From an uncultured bacterium (GTDB taxonomy: Bacteria; Babelota; Babeliae; Babelales; Babelaceae): a stretch of 64,000 bases of DNA. Shown here piece by piece: positions 38,165 to 47,988 of the stretch (positions within the stretch are counted from its first letter, which is position 1; each line of letters starts with the position of its first letter). Made by a program: the position numbers and the translations under genes. Where the stretch lies: assembly GCA_963713855.1 (NCBI GenBank), contig OY970209.1, positions 160,001 through 224,000 on the forward strand, read 5' to 3'. The notes under the pieces were generated by a model. That model had not been told where the DNA came from. It worked only from the letters and a program-made list of their open reading frames with translations, and ran no database searches.

Positions 38165-38575
38165 TCACTCTAGCTCATCGAGTAAATCTTGGCAAACTTT
38201 GGCACAGTGATTGGCATTTTTTGTTAATGCCATACATGAATCGATACAAGCACGGTCCGGCGCTCTGCATACTTGTGCTGTCACCTGCGCTATTTGCACC
38301 GTTTTTTTGCACGCATGCGCGACAGCTTTTACTAAATCTTCGTAGTCGGATTCGGCGGAATTCTCGTACTTTTGTAAAGCCTCCAGCGTATCGTTGCAAT
38401 CGTCCACAAGTGATTCCCATATCTGAATACACCTTACGCGCTCTTCATCACATTCTATCTCGTCTGTCCCTTGGCATTCAGCGACCAAACTTTGACCGGC
38501 ATCTACACTTTCTTCACAGGAATCAATACATGCATCAAGGCTTTCGATGAGATCTAATGTTAAGCTCTTTTTCAT
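38165..38575 (-). CDS. Cys-rich four-helix bundle protein (copper storage protein Csp/DUF326-like)
   Basis: Helical acidic protein with 12 Cys, including CxxxC units (ACIDSC twice, HCAKVC). Confidence 0.6.
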   Translation of the reverse strand: MKKSLTLDLIESLDACIDSCEESVDAGQSLVAECQGTDEIECDEERVRCIQIWESLVDDCNDTLEALQKYENSAESDYEDLVKAVAHACKKTVQIAQVTAQVCRAPDRACIDSCMALTKNANHCAKVCQDLLDELE

Positions 38576-38768
38576 ATACGCTCCTTATAACAGTCGATAT
38601 AAACATATATTATCTTAAAACAATATTTTACCTCAAGCCAAGAATCTCATGAGGTCTTCCGTATTTTTTCTTTCAAAAGAGCAACAAATGAGTACATTTT
38701 TTAAAATAGTTTACACTAGCCATAAATACATCATAGACTCAACGAAAAAGGATAAAGGGAGAAAAAAA

Positions 38769-39881
38769 ATGTATAGAACGGTAGGCTTTCTTATGTTATT
38801 AAACACTATGTTTTTGTCACCTATTTCAACAACTGAGCACCCCAACTCCACGAGCATCGATATACATGATTCAATAGATAATTTTAAAGCGACCCCCATT
38901 ACCATTGTTCGAAGAGCTGCCTTTGACATCGGCTCTTTGACGACAAAAATGATTGTTGCTGACGTTGATACAAAAACAAAGAAAATTGTGCGAGTTCTTC
39001 TTAAGGACGTACGCCGTGTCGGTTACAAGAATGATCTTGAACGTCCATCAAGTGATGGCAACTTTACAAAAGATCTTATAGAAGAAGGTGTTCAAGGGCT
39101 ACGAGAGCTAAAAGCTCAAGCAGAAGGTCTTTCACCAGCACCTCAAGAATATGTAGCTGTAGCCACTGCAGCGCTACGAGCAGGGCTTAATAGTCAAGCA
39201 GTCGTTTCTACTATTAAACAGAAGCTTAATATACCCGTCTACATTATTAACCAAGATGAAGAAGCTCGCCTAGGCTTTAACGGAGCTATTATTGCTGTTG
39301 GATCAGATCCGCTCAAAACACTTGTATGGGATATGGGTGGCGGAAGCATGCAGATGATAGCTCACAAAGATGGCACATTGCTTACCTACGGTAACGAGCT
39401 AGGGTTTATAGCATTTGCTCGTAAAGTAATGTCTGAGATCCAGGGTAAAGAACTTGATGCAAAGGCTACCCCAAATCCTTTAAGCCTTGATGATGCAACT
39501 GAAGCTATCGAATTAGCAAGCAAGCTAGCGCTAAAGCTGCCTTCTTTTGTGCTGGAAAAAGCAAAAGATCCTTCAACAAGAGTGATCGGAATCGGAGCGC
39601 TCTATTACGCAACACATGGCCCAGAACTTCGAGTTCAAACAAATCTCATTGATGGTTTGCCTCAACGTGGCATTTTAACACGTCTTATGTACAGAATAAG
39701 AAAAACTGATGAAGAATTGATACCGCTTACTCATAAAGCGATACCCACGCTTGTAAGCGCAACCTCATTGGCCCTCATTCTTGGATTTATGAAAGGGCTT
39801 TCACTTGAAGAATTAACAACTGTCGAAGTCAATATGACCGATGCTCTTTTAGTAGATGAACAGTATTTTAAACTTAAATAG
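38769..39881 (+). CDS. Ppx/GppA-family (ASKHA) phosphatase with signal peptide
   Basis: AAFDIGS, VATAALR, DEEARLGF and WDMGGGSMQ motifs. ATG 38769 follows an AGGGAG RBS and starts a signal peptide (ORF track start is 38649). Confidence 0.85.
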   Translation: MYRTVGFLMLLNTMFLSPISTTEHPNSTSIDIHDSIDNFKATPITIVRRAAFDIGSLTTKMIVADVDTKTKKIVRVLLKDVRRVGYKNDLERPSSDGNFTKDLIEEGVQGLRELKAQAEGLSPAPQEYVAVATAALRAGLNSQAVVSTIKQKLNIPVYIINQDEEARLGFNGAIIAVGSDPLKTLVWDMGGGSMQMIAHKDGTLLTYGNELGFIAFARKVMSEIQGKELDAKATPNPLSLDDATEAIELASKLALKLPSFVLEKAKDPSTRVIGIGALYYATHGPELRVQTNLIDGLPQRGILTRLMYRIRKTDEELIPLTHKAIPTLVSATSLALILGFMKGLSLEELTTVEVNMTDALLVDEQYFKLK

Positions 39882-39889
39882 GCCTAGTT

Positions 39890-40774
39890 ATGAAAAAGAA
39901 CCTCGCTTCTTGGATGACAAATCCTGACAAAGTCCTTTTTCCCAAAAGCGGAATCACCAAATCTGATCTTGCTGATCATTACGAGAACGTAGCTCCTTTG
40001 ATGATTCCGCTTATAAAAAATCACCCTATAGCCATGCAGCGCTTTCCAAATGGGATCGACCAAGAAGGATTTTACCAAAAAGATATGCCAAGCTATTTTC
40101 CTTCCTGGATTGATCGTGTGGAGATTAAAAACAAAGACGGATCGCATACGACCTACGTTATGTGCCAAAATGCCAAAACACTTGTTTATTTAGCTTATCA
40201 AGCATGCATCACCATGCATGAGCTTTTAAGTAGATCAGACAAGTTACAGTATCCCGATCGGATGATTTTTGACTTAGATCCGGGACCAGGTGTCACCTTT
40301 TCCCTCATTAAAAAAACAGCTCTCCTCATAAATGCGCTTTTATCTAACAATGGGATGACTGCTTTTACCATGACAACCGGTTCTCGAGGTATGCACGTCG
40401 TAGTACCTTTACGCCGCATGTATACTTTCAAATACACCCATGCATATGCTCAACACATTGGACAAATACTTGTAGCTGCACACCCTGATCTTTTCACCGT
40501 TTCGGTAAGTAAAAAGGAGCGTAAAGGCAAAATTTTTATAGATTTTATACGCAACACCTTTGGGCATATGGCAGTAGCTCCTTATGCAGTACGACCTATC
40601 GAAAATGCGCCCGTTGCAACACCACTTGCCTGGTCGGAAATAAAAGATCCACGTCTTGAATCACAATCGTATACGATCAAAAATATAGGCGCACGCATAA
40701 AAAAAGTTGGTGACGTATGGCCTGACTTTTTAAAAATAAAAAACAGACTGCCCTCAACCATTAAAAGTTTTTAG
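39890..40774 (+). CDS. Stand-alone LigD-type primase-polymerase domain protein
   Basis: TNPDKVLFP..GITK, QRFPNGI...FYQK, PDRMIFDLDP, TTGSRGMHV and APYAVRP...APVATPL.W motifs. Confidence 0.93.
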   Translation: MKKNLASWMTNPDKVLFPKSGITKSDLADHYENVAPLMIPLIKNHPIAMQRFPNGIDQEGFYQKDMPSYFPSWIDRVEIKNKDGSHTTYVMCQNAKTLVYLAYQACITMHELLSRSDKLQYPDRMIFDLDPGPGVTFSLIKKTALLINALLSNNGMTAFTMTTGSRGMHVVVPLRRMYTFKYTHAYAQHIGQILVAAHPDLFTVSVSKKERKGKIFIDFIRNTFGHMAVAPYAVRPIENAPVATPLAWSEIKDPRLESQSYTIKNIGARIKKVGDVWPDFLKIKNRLPSTIKSF

Positions 40775-40925
40775 CAAGCTAGAGATACGAACAAGCAAAA
40801 AACATTGCACTTTCTTTAAAAGTCTTGCCTAGCGATTACAATTTAAATGGCTTATTTGAAATTTTGTTTACCTATTTTTATTTTTTGATAGACTAAGTAA
40901 ATAATATATAACCAGGACACTTTCT

Positions 40926-42488
40926 ATGTTTTATTCTTTTTCTCGGCGCCTTGCCTATGCGACGCTTATTACGGTTTTTATAGTAAGTACTGGTGAAGTA
41001 TTCGGAACTATAGCGCCTACTTCACCTAAAAAAATCGTTGTTGTCTGGTCTAAGGGGGGTAAAGCACACGAGTCGATGCTAAAAGCGCTTGATGATTTAG
41101 GAGATGGATATACGCTTATTCCTCTTAATCCTTTTGACAGCTTATGGACTGCAGATGACGCCGGTCGAGAGGCAACAGATGAGGTTATCAACGATCTTGC
41201 TTCCATATTAAATTTACCTCCTCTTAACGGAAAAGCGGTCTATAACCTCTTCAGACACCGTGATCTTGCATCATCTCTCACGCTTGGTTTTGAGATGGCT
41301 AAATGGCTTGGAAAATCACCCAAAAACACTTTAAAGCTCCTTTTTAGTTACAAAGACCTCGTTCAAGAAAACCTATCCGGTTTATCTGATACGATCAACG
41401 AAATTGCAAGTAAAGGCGGAGAAGATTTTTACAATTTCCTCCTTCGTAACGATCAGATAGAACTTGCTAATAGTTTATTTAAAAAGACTGCTCAAGACAT
41501 TGTCGATAATGAGGAGATGGTCGAAGAACGATTCAAAGACTATTTTGAATCAGAAAAGCCCGATTTGGTAATTTCGGTCATGCCTCTTTTTAATAGCGTT
41601 ATTTATAAAGCAACTGAAGCTTTAGAGATACCTTTTTTACTGATAGCTCCAGATTTTGATATTAGTGAGCACTATTTTCCTGGAGCTAAGCCCGCAAACA
41701 GTAAGCATTTTAAATATACGTTGCCCCTCAAAGATGCGAGTCTCGAACGGAAAATAGAAAAAGCAGGAATACCAAAAGAACTTTGTGCTTTACATGGTTT
41801 TCCCCTCCGTTCACATTTTCTTGAGCCAAAAGATAAAACCGAACTCAAAGAGCAGTTTAATATTCCATTCAATAAGCCTGTTATTATGCTTCTTGCAGGT
41901 GGATCTGGTGCTTATAAAATGCAGACGCATCTCGAGCATCTAATGCATACCAAGTACCCCATTCATATTATTGCGTGCTCAAGTACTAACGATGAACTTG
42001 CTCAAGCGATAGAAGAGTATGCAGAGGACTTACCTGATCATATTACACTAACACATGTTCCATACATGGAAAAAATATCTGATATGATGGCGGTTTCAGA
42101 CGTTCTTATTACAAAGTCCGGACCATCTTCGCTTTGTGAAGCATTTCAACTCCAAATACCCGTCATCGTTGATGCAACTTCTACCATTCTAGATTGGGAA
42201 AAAAGCCATGTTAATCTTGTCGAAAAACGTCGGTTAGGCAAGGTCATAAGAAATATGAATGAGCTTGATAGCGCATTAGATACAATATTTCACGACAAAA
42301 AATATATAGACCAAGTCAAAGCATCGCTGACACATTTTGACAATAGTGACTTCATCGTCCGGCTAAAGGAACTTATAGCACAAACTATTACTCAATCTGA
42401 AAGCAAAAAAAGCCTGGGTACTACCATCGTAGTGAGCACTCTTGTTCTTGCAAGCGCCGTTTTAGCAGTACTAAAGCAACGCATATGA
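40926..42488 (+). CDS. MGDG synthase/UgtP-like GT-B glycosyltransferase with signal peptide and C-terminal hydrophobic anchor
   Basis: S.GGKAH, KPDLVISVMP, GFPLRSHF, LAGGSG and MAVSDVLITKSGPSSLCEA motifs. Confidence 0.85.
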   Translation: MFYSFSRRLAYATLITVFIVSTGEVFGTIAPTSPKKIVVVWSKGGKAHESMLKALDDLGDGYTLIPLNPFDSLWTADDAGREATDEVINDLASILNLPPLNGKAVYNLFRHRDLASSLTLGFEMAKWLGKSPKNTLKLLFSYKDLVQENLSGLSDTINEIASKGGEDFYNFLLRNDQIELANSLFKKTAQDIVDNEEMVEERFKDYFESEKPDLVISVMPLFNSVIYKATEALEIPFLLIAPDFDISEHYFPGAKPANSKHFKYTLPLKDASLERKIEKAGIPKELCALHGFPLRSHFLEPKDKTELKEQFNIPFNKPVIMLLAGGSGAYKMQTHLEHLMHTKYPIHIIACSSTNDELAQAIEEYAEDLPDHITLTHVPYMEKISDMMAVSDVLITKSGPSSLCEAFQLQIPVIVDATSTILDWEKSHVNLVEKRRLGKVIRNMNELDSALDTIFHDKKYIDQVKASLTHFDNSDFIVRLKELIAQTITQSESKKSLGTTIVVSTLVLASAVLAVLKQRI

Positions 42489-43402
42489 AGAAGAGTATCA
42501 TAACCATTCTAACCATTTTTTTATGTGCGTTTAACGTGCAGCTTTCCAGTGCTATAGGAAGTCGCTCAACGCTAAAGCTGTCTTTAGCTACCCTAAGCTC
42601 TGCTAAGGGCATGCTCCAGGAGGTTATGCCATCACTCCTAGAATTAGGCAGACACCCTGACATTGCGCGTGTACACTTTAGTACAACAAAATACATTTTT
42701 GAGCATACTCGCTTTGGCGAATATATCTTCAAGCTTAAGAAAAACCCGCTACCACGAGAAATTGAACGTAAAAAAGCACTTTTAGAAAAAGCGCGTGGAG
42801 TCATCCATGATAATGACTTGAAAAGTCTTATTATCCCCCGATCTCATGGTTCTTATTGGCTTGACCATGAAAAAAAAGAATGGGCCGTTTTCATTGAAGA
42901 AAAGATACCCCTTGCCCACAATCAAGAAATACAGCAATACGTCAACAACGAAAAAATGGTGGAAGAGCTTACCGTCTTTATCTGTAAAACTGCTTTTAGC
43001 GATATACATTACGGCAACATCCCTTTAACACTATCTGAAAAACATTTAGCTCTTTGTGATCTTGAATTAGAGGTTGACGATAATGACAGCATCGCCTTTT
43101 ATACTCAAATCTTCGTGGGAATCGCCAATCTGCTTTTATGCATGCCCGATGAGCTACACACAATCATCATAAACACAGTCCAGAAAACGCTTAAACTCTG
43201 GCCTAAAACAGTGCTTAATGAGCTTATTAAAGCGTTAAAAAGCCCAAGTTTTCCTCAGCTATCACTCGCATCCATGAGGCAAAAGCTGGACAGGGCTATT
43301 CGCAAAGAAAGGCCAAAATATCACCTTAAACTTCTCGGTTTAAAAGGGGTTGGACTCGCGCACCAACTTCTTAACACAAAGCTTATACGGAAAGTTTTTT
43401 AG
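42485..43402 (+). CDS. Exported protein-kinase-like fold protein
   Basis: Signal peptide; YIFK (catalytic Lys-like), FIEEKI, FSDIHYGNI (catalytic loop) and LCDLE (DFG-like). Confidence 0.6.
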   Translation: MKKSIITILTIFLCAFNVQLSSAIGSRSTLKLSLATLSSAKGMLQEVMPSLLELGRHPDIARVHFSTTKYIFEHTRFGEYIFKLKKNPLPREIERKKALLEKARGVIHDNDLKSLIIPRSHGSYWLDHEKKEWAVFIEEKIPLAHNQEIQQYVNNEKMVEELTVFICKTAFSDIHYGNIPLTLSEKHLALCDLELEVDDNDSIAFYTQIFVGIANLLLCMPDELHTIIINTVQKTLKLWPKTVLNELIKALKSPSFPQLSLASMRQKLDRAIRKERPKYHLKLLGLKGVGLAHQLLNTKLIRKVF

Positions 43403-43408
43403 AACACT

Positions 43409-45865
43409 TTATGCGTTTTTGTCCTTGACGACAAAATTGACAAGGCGATCTGGAACACTAATCACGCGAACAAGCTCTTTATCTTGAAGCCAGGAAGCGA
43501 CTGATGCACGCGCTTGCTTTTCAATATCTTCCGGTTCAGTTGAAGGGGCCACAAGCAAAGTACCGCGTAGTTTTCCATTAACCTGAACAGCGATTGTCAA
43601 CTCATCCGGTGCTGCTAGAGCCTCATTATATGAAGGCCATGTCACGTCCCAAAGCTGCTTTGACAAAAGTTTTTCGAGAAGCTCACTTGCAATATGTGGA
43701 GCCAAAGGAGAAAGAACAGCAAGTACCTGGGATGCAGAATTCTTACTGAGTCGCATCGATTGAGCATTCGCTTCATTAAGCCATTCCATAAACGCTGACA
43801 CCACTGTATTAGGCTTAAAAAGATCTAAACGCTCTTGAACATGCTTAAGCAGCCTGTGTACGTGCTTTGTTACTCTTTCATCTTCCTTTTGCCCTTCAGC
43901 CAAAATGGTAGTAGGATCTGACATGTAAGTCCAAAAACGATTTAAAAACCTCTTACAGCCTTCAATACCAGCATCTTGCCATTCAGCATCAAGCTCCGGA
44001 GGTCCCATAAAAAGAATATAGAGACGTAAAGCATCAGAGCCGTAGAGCGTCACCATCTCATCGGGATTTACGACATTGCCTTTCGATTTAGACATTTTTT
44101 CTACAAGTCCCGTTTTTTCAGAATATTTGCAAATCATACCCTGGTTAAATAAGCGCGTAAAAGGCTCGTCAAAAGGAAGATGCCCAAGATCATAAAGAAC
44201 TTTAACATAAAACCGTGCATACAAAAGATGTAAAACTGCATGCTCGATACCCCCTACATATAAATCGACTGGCAGCCAATAGCGCATGCTATCGGGCGTA
44301 AAAGCTGTATTATCGTTATGCGCATCCGGATAACGTAAAAAATACCAACATGAGCCGGCCCATTGTGGCATCGTATTTGTTTCTCTACGTGCGGGACCCT
44401 TGCACTGTGGACAGGTCGTTTGAACCCAATCAAGCACGTGCGCCAATGGCGATTCGCCAGTACCTGTAGGGTAATACTGCTCTACGTCAGGTAACTTTAC
44501 CGGCAAGTCGATCTCCGGAACAGGGACAATGCCACACTTTTGACAATGCACAAGTGGAATGGGTTCTCCCCAATAGCGCTGACGCGAAAAGACCCAATCA
44601 CGAAGACGATAATAGGTGGAAGGTCGCGCGTAGCCCTTTTGAACGCAATAGCGGATGATATCCTGTCGCACATCACCTGCCCTTTTTCCAGCAAATATAG
44701 CAGGCTCTGAGAGAATGCCGTTCTTCATATCGGTATAAACTACCTCTAAGCGCTTTACTTGATCTTTAAGAATCGGGTCCTCTGGAAAAAGAACAGTTTT
44801 AAGTGGGATATTATATTTTTTAGCAAATTCAAAATCACGTTCATCGTGGGCGGAGCACTTTACAATACCAGTTCCATAATGCGCTAAGGCAAAACTCGCT
44901 ACCCAAATAGGAAGCTCGCTCTTACTTACCGGATCAAGGATGTACCTACCAGTAAAAATGCCCTCTATCTCGGGTTCAACAGCAGCACCAGAACCGCGCT
45001 CTGAAAGTATTCTTGCACAAAATGCTTCTACATCATCTTTCTGTGCGACGCCCTCAATAAGCTTAGGTAACAGCGGATGATCAGGCGCAATAACAACAAA
45101 GGTATCTGCCTCAAAAGTTTCAAAATGAGCAGAAAACGTCTCAATCGTTAAAGACATATCTTTAACCGGCGCTGAAAAAACTAGACCTTCGCTCTTTCCG
45201 ATCCAATTTCGTTGCATAAGCTTAACTTTTTCAGGCCATGCTAATCTGTCTAAACCTTCTAAAAGCTTATCAGCATAGCGCGTTATGCGAAGCATCCACT
45301 GTTTTAATTTGCGCTGGCTTACAATCGTACCACATCGCTCGCAACCACCACGCACAACCTCTTCATTAGCAAGGCCTACGAGACATGATGGACACCAGTT
45401 AATGAGTGTTTCAGCTTGATAGGCAAGACCCGCCTTATACATTTCTAAAAATATCCACTGGGTCCATTTATAGTAAGAAGGATCAGTGGTATTAACCTCT
45501 TTAGACCAATCGTAAAGAGCACCGGTATCTCGTAGTTGCCGTTTAAAGGTAGCTATATTAGCTGCTGTGCTTACTGCTGGATGAATACCCTTTTTAATAG
45601 CATCATTTTCAGCAGGTAAACCAAAAGCATCCCACCCCATGGGATGAAGTACGTTATAGCCTTCCATCCATTTGATGCGTGCATAGATATCAGAAAGGAC
45701 ATATCCACGCCAGTGGCCTACATGTAAGCCACTACCAGAAGGGTAGGGAAACATATCAAGGCAATAATATTTTGCCCCTGATCCAAGCGGACGAGCGTAC
45801 CCTATATCTTTCAAAGCCCAGATAGATTGCCATTTCTTTTCTATCTCGCGCGCATTATATTCCAT
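43409..45865 (-). CDS. leuS: Leucine--tRNA ligase
   Basis: MFPYPSG.GLHVGH, GWDAFGLPAEN, SRQRYWG and KMSKSKGN motifs; start at ATG 45865 (MEYN). Confidence 0.99.
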   Translation of the reverse strand: MEYNAREIEKKWQSIWALKDIGYARPLGSGAKYYCLDMFPYPSGSGLHVGHWRGYVLSDIYARIKWMEGYNVLHPMGWDAFGLPAENDAIKKGIHPAVSTAANIATFKRQLRDTGALYDWSKEVNTTDPSYYKWTQWIFLEMYKAGLAYQAETLINWCPSCLVGLANEEVVRGGCERCGTIVSQRKLKQWMLRITRYADKLLEGLDRLAWPEKVKLMQRNWIGKSEGLVFSAPVKDMSLTIETFSAHFETFEADTFVVIAPDHPLLPKLIEGVAQKDDVEAFCARILSERGSGAAVEPEIEGIFTGRYILDPVSKSELPIWVASFALAHYGTGIVKCSAHDERDFEFAKKYNIPLKTVLFPEDPILKDQVKRLEVVYTDMKNGILSEPAIFAGKRAGDVRQDIIRYCVQKGYARPSTYYRLRDWVFSRQRYWGEPIPLVHCQKCGIVPVPEIDLPVKLPDVEQYYPTGTGESPLAHVLDWVQTTCPQCKGPARRETNTMPQWAGSCWYFLRYPDAHNDNTAFTPDSMRYWLPVDLYVGGIEHAVLHLLYARFYVKVLYDLGHLPFDEPFTRLFNQGMICKYSEKTGLVEKMSKSKGNVVNPDEMVTLYGSDALRLYILFMGPPELDAEWQDAGIEGCKRFLNRFWTYMSDPTTILAEGQKEDERVTKHVHRLLKHVQERLDLFKPNTVVSAFMEWLNEANAQSMRLSKNSASQVLAVLSPLAPHIASELLEKLLSKQLWDVTWPSYNEALAAPDELTIAVQVNGKLRGTLLVAPSTEPEDIEKQARASVASWLQDKELVRVISVPDRLVNFVVKDKNA

Positions 45866-45879
45866 TAGAAGGGTCCCTT

Positions 45880-47046
45880 TTAGAAGAAGCTCTTTAATAA
45901 GGCATATCCTATAACACCTGCCAAAGTAAGTCCAACAGGTAATTTGATTGAAGTAAAGCCCCATAGTTTATACATAGCATTGCATGCGGCTATAACAATC
46001 AACACCGGATAAAGCATCTGAATAAGAGGCATTGAAAACTTCATAATAGCTGAAAGACCCAACGAGGCCGGAATTAAACACGCCGCAAGAACCCCTAGAA
46101 GAGCCCAGGTGTATCCGACGCTTTGAGAAAGAATTTGAATATGAATGTATTCCGTAACAACTGCAGTTAACGCAACTGTTGTCGTAAAGCAGGCCAAGAA
46201 AACAGTAAAGCCAATAAGCGCAGCTCCATACGTTCCCAAAATGTTAAAGGAAACAGCGCTAAAAAGCTGCCCCTCATTTAAATGCTCGAGTCCTTGCCCA
46301 TGAAAAGCTCCCAAGAAATTCATGCCAGCATAGACAAGCCCAAGTAATGCGGCCGCGGCGATCCCAGCCATAAGGGCAATGCGTATGCGACCAGATGCAT
46401 TCTGTGAATCACCTTCATGCATCTTGAGCATGCCAACAACAATAGATCCGAAAAAGATGGTGCCTAATAAGTCAAGCGTACCAAACCCATACTGTGCGCC
46501 GGTTTTGAAAAGCTCTGAAGCAGATGTGGTAACAGCTTGAGGACTTAGTCCCGAAAAAAGGCCCGCAAGAACAATGATACATAAACTGAGCACTTTTAAA
46601 GGGCTTAAAAAAGTACCAATAACTGTAAGAAGCTTAGTCGGTCTATACGTAGCCAAGAAAACCAAACTCAAAAATGCAAACGCAAATACACTGACATGCA
46701 TAGACGGCAAAAACGGCGTAAGCATTTCATAAGACAAACCAACAATACGTGGCATGACGATGATTGGACCTAAAACAAGCATGCAAAGGAATGTGGCAAT
46801 TGCCCCAGGTATTCGCCCTAAACGCCCAAAAAATGCTTTATAATTCCCATCAAACGCGATAATGGAAAGTAGACCAAGCAGTGGTAGTAGAACGCCGGTA
46901 AGAATAAATCCAATAAGGCCCCACGTACTTTTAGAGCCTGCCAAAAGACCGACTTTCAAGGGCAGCATAAGATTGCCGGCCCCAAATAACATAGCAAATA
47001 TTGCAAGACTTACCTGTACTACTTGTACCCATGATTTAGAACGCAT
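45880..47046 (-). CDS. brnQ: Branched-chain amino acid:cation symporter
   Basis: FAMLFGAGNLMLP, GF.LTGV.LP, GTLDLLG, LACFTT and LYPV motifs. Confidence 0.93.
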   Translation of the reverse strand: MRSKSWVQVVQVSLAIFAMLFGAGNLMLPLKVGLLAGSKSTWGLIGFILTGVLLPLLGLLSIIAFDGNYKAFFGRLGRIPGAIATFLCMLVLGPIIVMPRIVGLSYEMLTPFLPSMHVSVFAFAFLSLVFLATYRPTKLLTVIGTFLSPLKVLSLCIIVLAGLFSGLSPQAVTTSASELFKTGAQYGFGTLDLLGTIFFGSIVVGMLKMHEGDSQNASGRIRIALMAGIAAAALLGLVYAGMNFLGAFHGQGLEHLNEGQLFSAVSFNILGTYGAALIGFTVFLACFTTTVALTAVVTEYIHIQILSQSVGYTWALLGVLAACLIPASLGLSAIMKFSMPLIQMLYPVLIVIAACNAMYKLWGFTSIKLPVGLTLAGVIGYALLKSFF

Positions 47047-47300
47047 AAAAAATCCATTGTTAAAGCGTTACACAAAGAAAAACTTCATCTACTCCAAAAA
47101 CCTGCACGTTTACTTCTGAAAGGGCGTCAAGAAATATAAAAGAGAACAGTTTCGCGTTAAAGATACCATTTTAAGGAAAAAATTGCAACCATGCAAGAAA
47201 ACTACAAGGTGGAACCGAAAATAAAAACCTATTGTCATGCACCCAATATAAAGCTACAATAAAGGCAATAATATACATCCTAAAACCTGATAGTGTGCCT

Positions 47301-47924
47301 ATGAACAATACTACCACTCAGCCTGCTCAACCATCTTCCCTTCATTATGCAGAAGAATATGTTATGGTCATCAAGCGCTGTGACCTTTTTTTGAATGAGG
47401 AGGGTTTTCAGGGGATACTTTCGACAAATGTGGAACCCTATCTAGATCGCATCCACACCTTACATTGCTTCTTTCCCCGCTCTAGAATGGAGACTGATCC
47501 TACCTATAAGCAAATTATTCCTTACATGGTCTTTAAGTATTCTGACCGCTACTTTCTTATGCAAAGAACTCCCGCATCTGGAGAGCAACGCCTTAAAGAT
47601 AAATTCACTCTCGGTATCGGTGGCCACGTACGCATGGAAGATCTTACCGACAATAGCTTATGGAGTTGGGCTTCAAGAGAATTTGAAGAAGAAATCGAAT
47701 ACAAAGGAAATTTAAAGATTTCAACACTAGGCATCCTTAATGATGACTCCAACAGCGTTGGTCAGGTGCACGTGGGACTTGTGCTTCTTTTGGTAGGCGA
47801 TTCCCCTGATATAAAGGTCAAATCTGAAATGAAGTCGGGCGTTCTTGCAACACTAGAGGAATGCAAAGCGCGCTATGAGGCATTAGAATCCTGGAGCCAG
47901 ATAGTTTTAAATGCTCTACGATAG
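47301..47924 (+). CDS. NUDIX-related phosphoesterase (YmaB-like)
   Basis: METDPTYKQIIPY, GEQRL..K.TLGIGGH, REFEEE and NDD.NSVG.VHVG motifs. ORF track start is 47232; ATG 47301 is preferred. Confidence 0.8.
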   Translation: MNNTTTQPAQPSSLHYAEEYVMVIKRCDLFLNEEGFQGILSTNVEPYLDRIHTLHCFFPRSRMETDPTYKQIIPYMVFKYSDRYFLMQRTPASGEQRLKDKFTLGIGGHVRMEDLTDNSLWSWASREFEEEIEYKGNLKISTLGILNDDSNSVGQVHVGLVLLLVGDSPDIKVKSEMKSGVLATLEECKARYEALESWSQIVLNALR

Positions 47925-47988
47925 ATTTTGTAAAGCCACTCATCGAGAAGACTGTGCTAATTCAACATCGAATATTAAACTAACACAC

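Noticed and set aside
47200..47220. T-box-like AAGGTGGAACCG near brnQ-leuS
   Set aside because: It lies on the + strand, opposite to brnQ-leuS transcription, and no stem I or terminator is evident.
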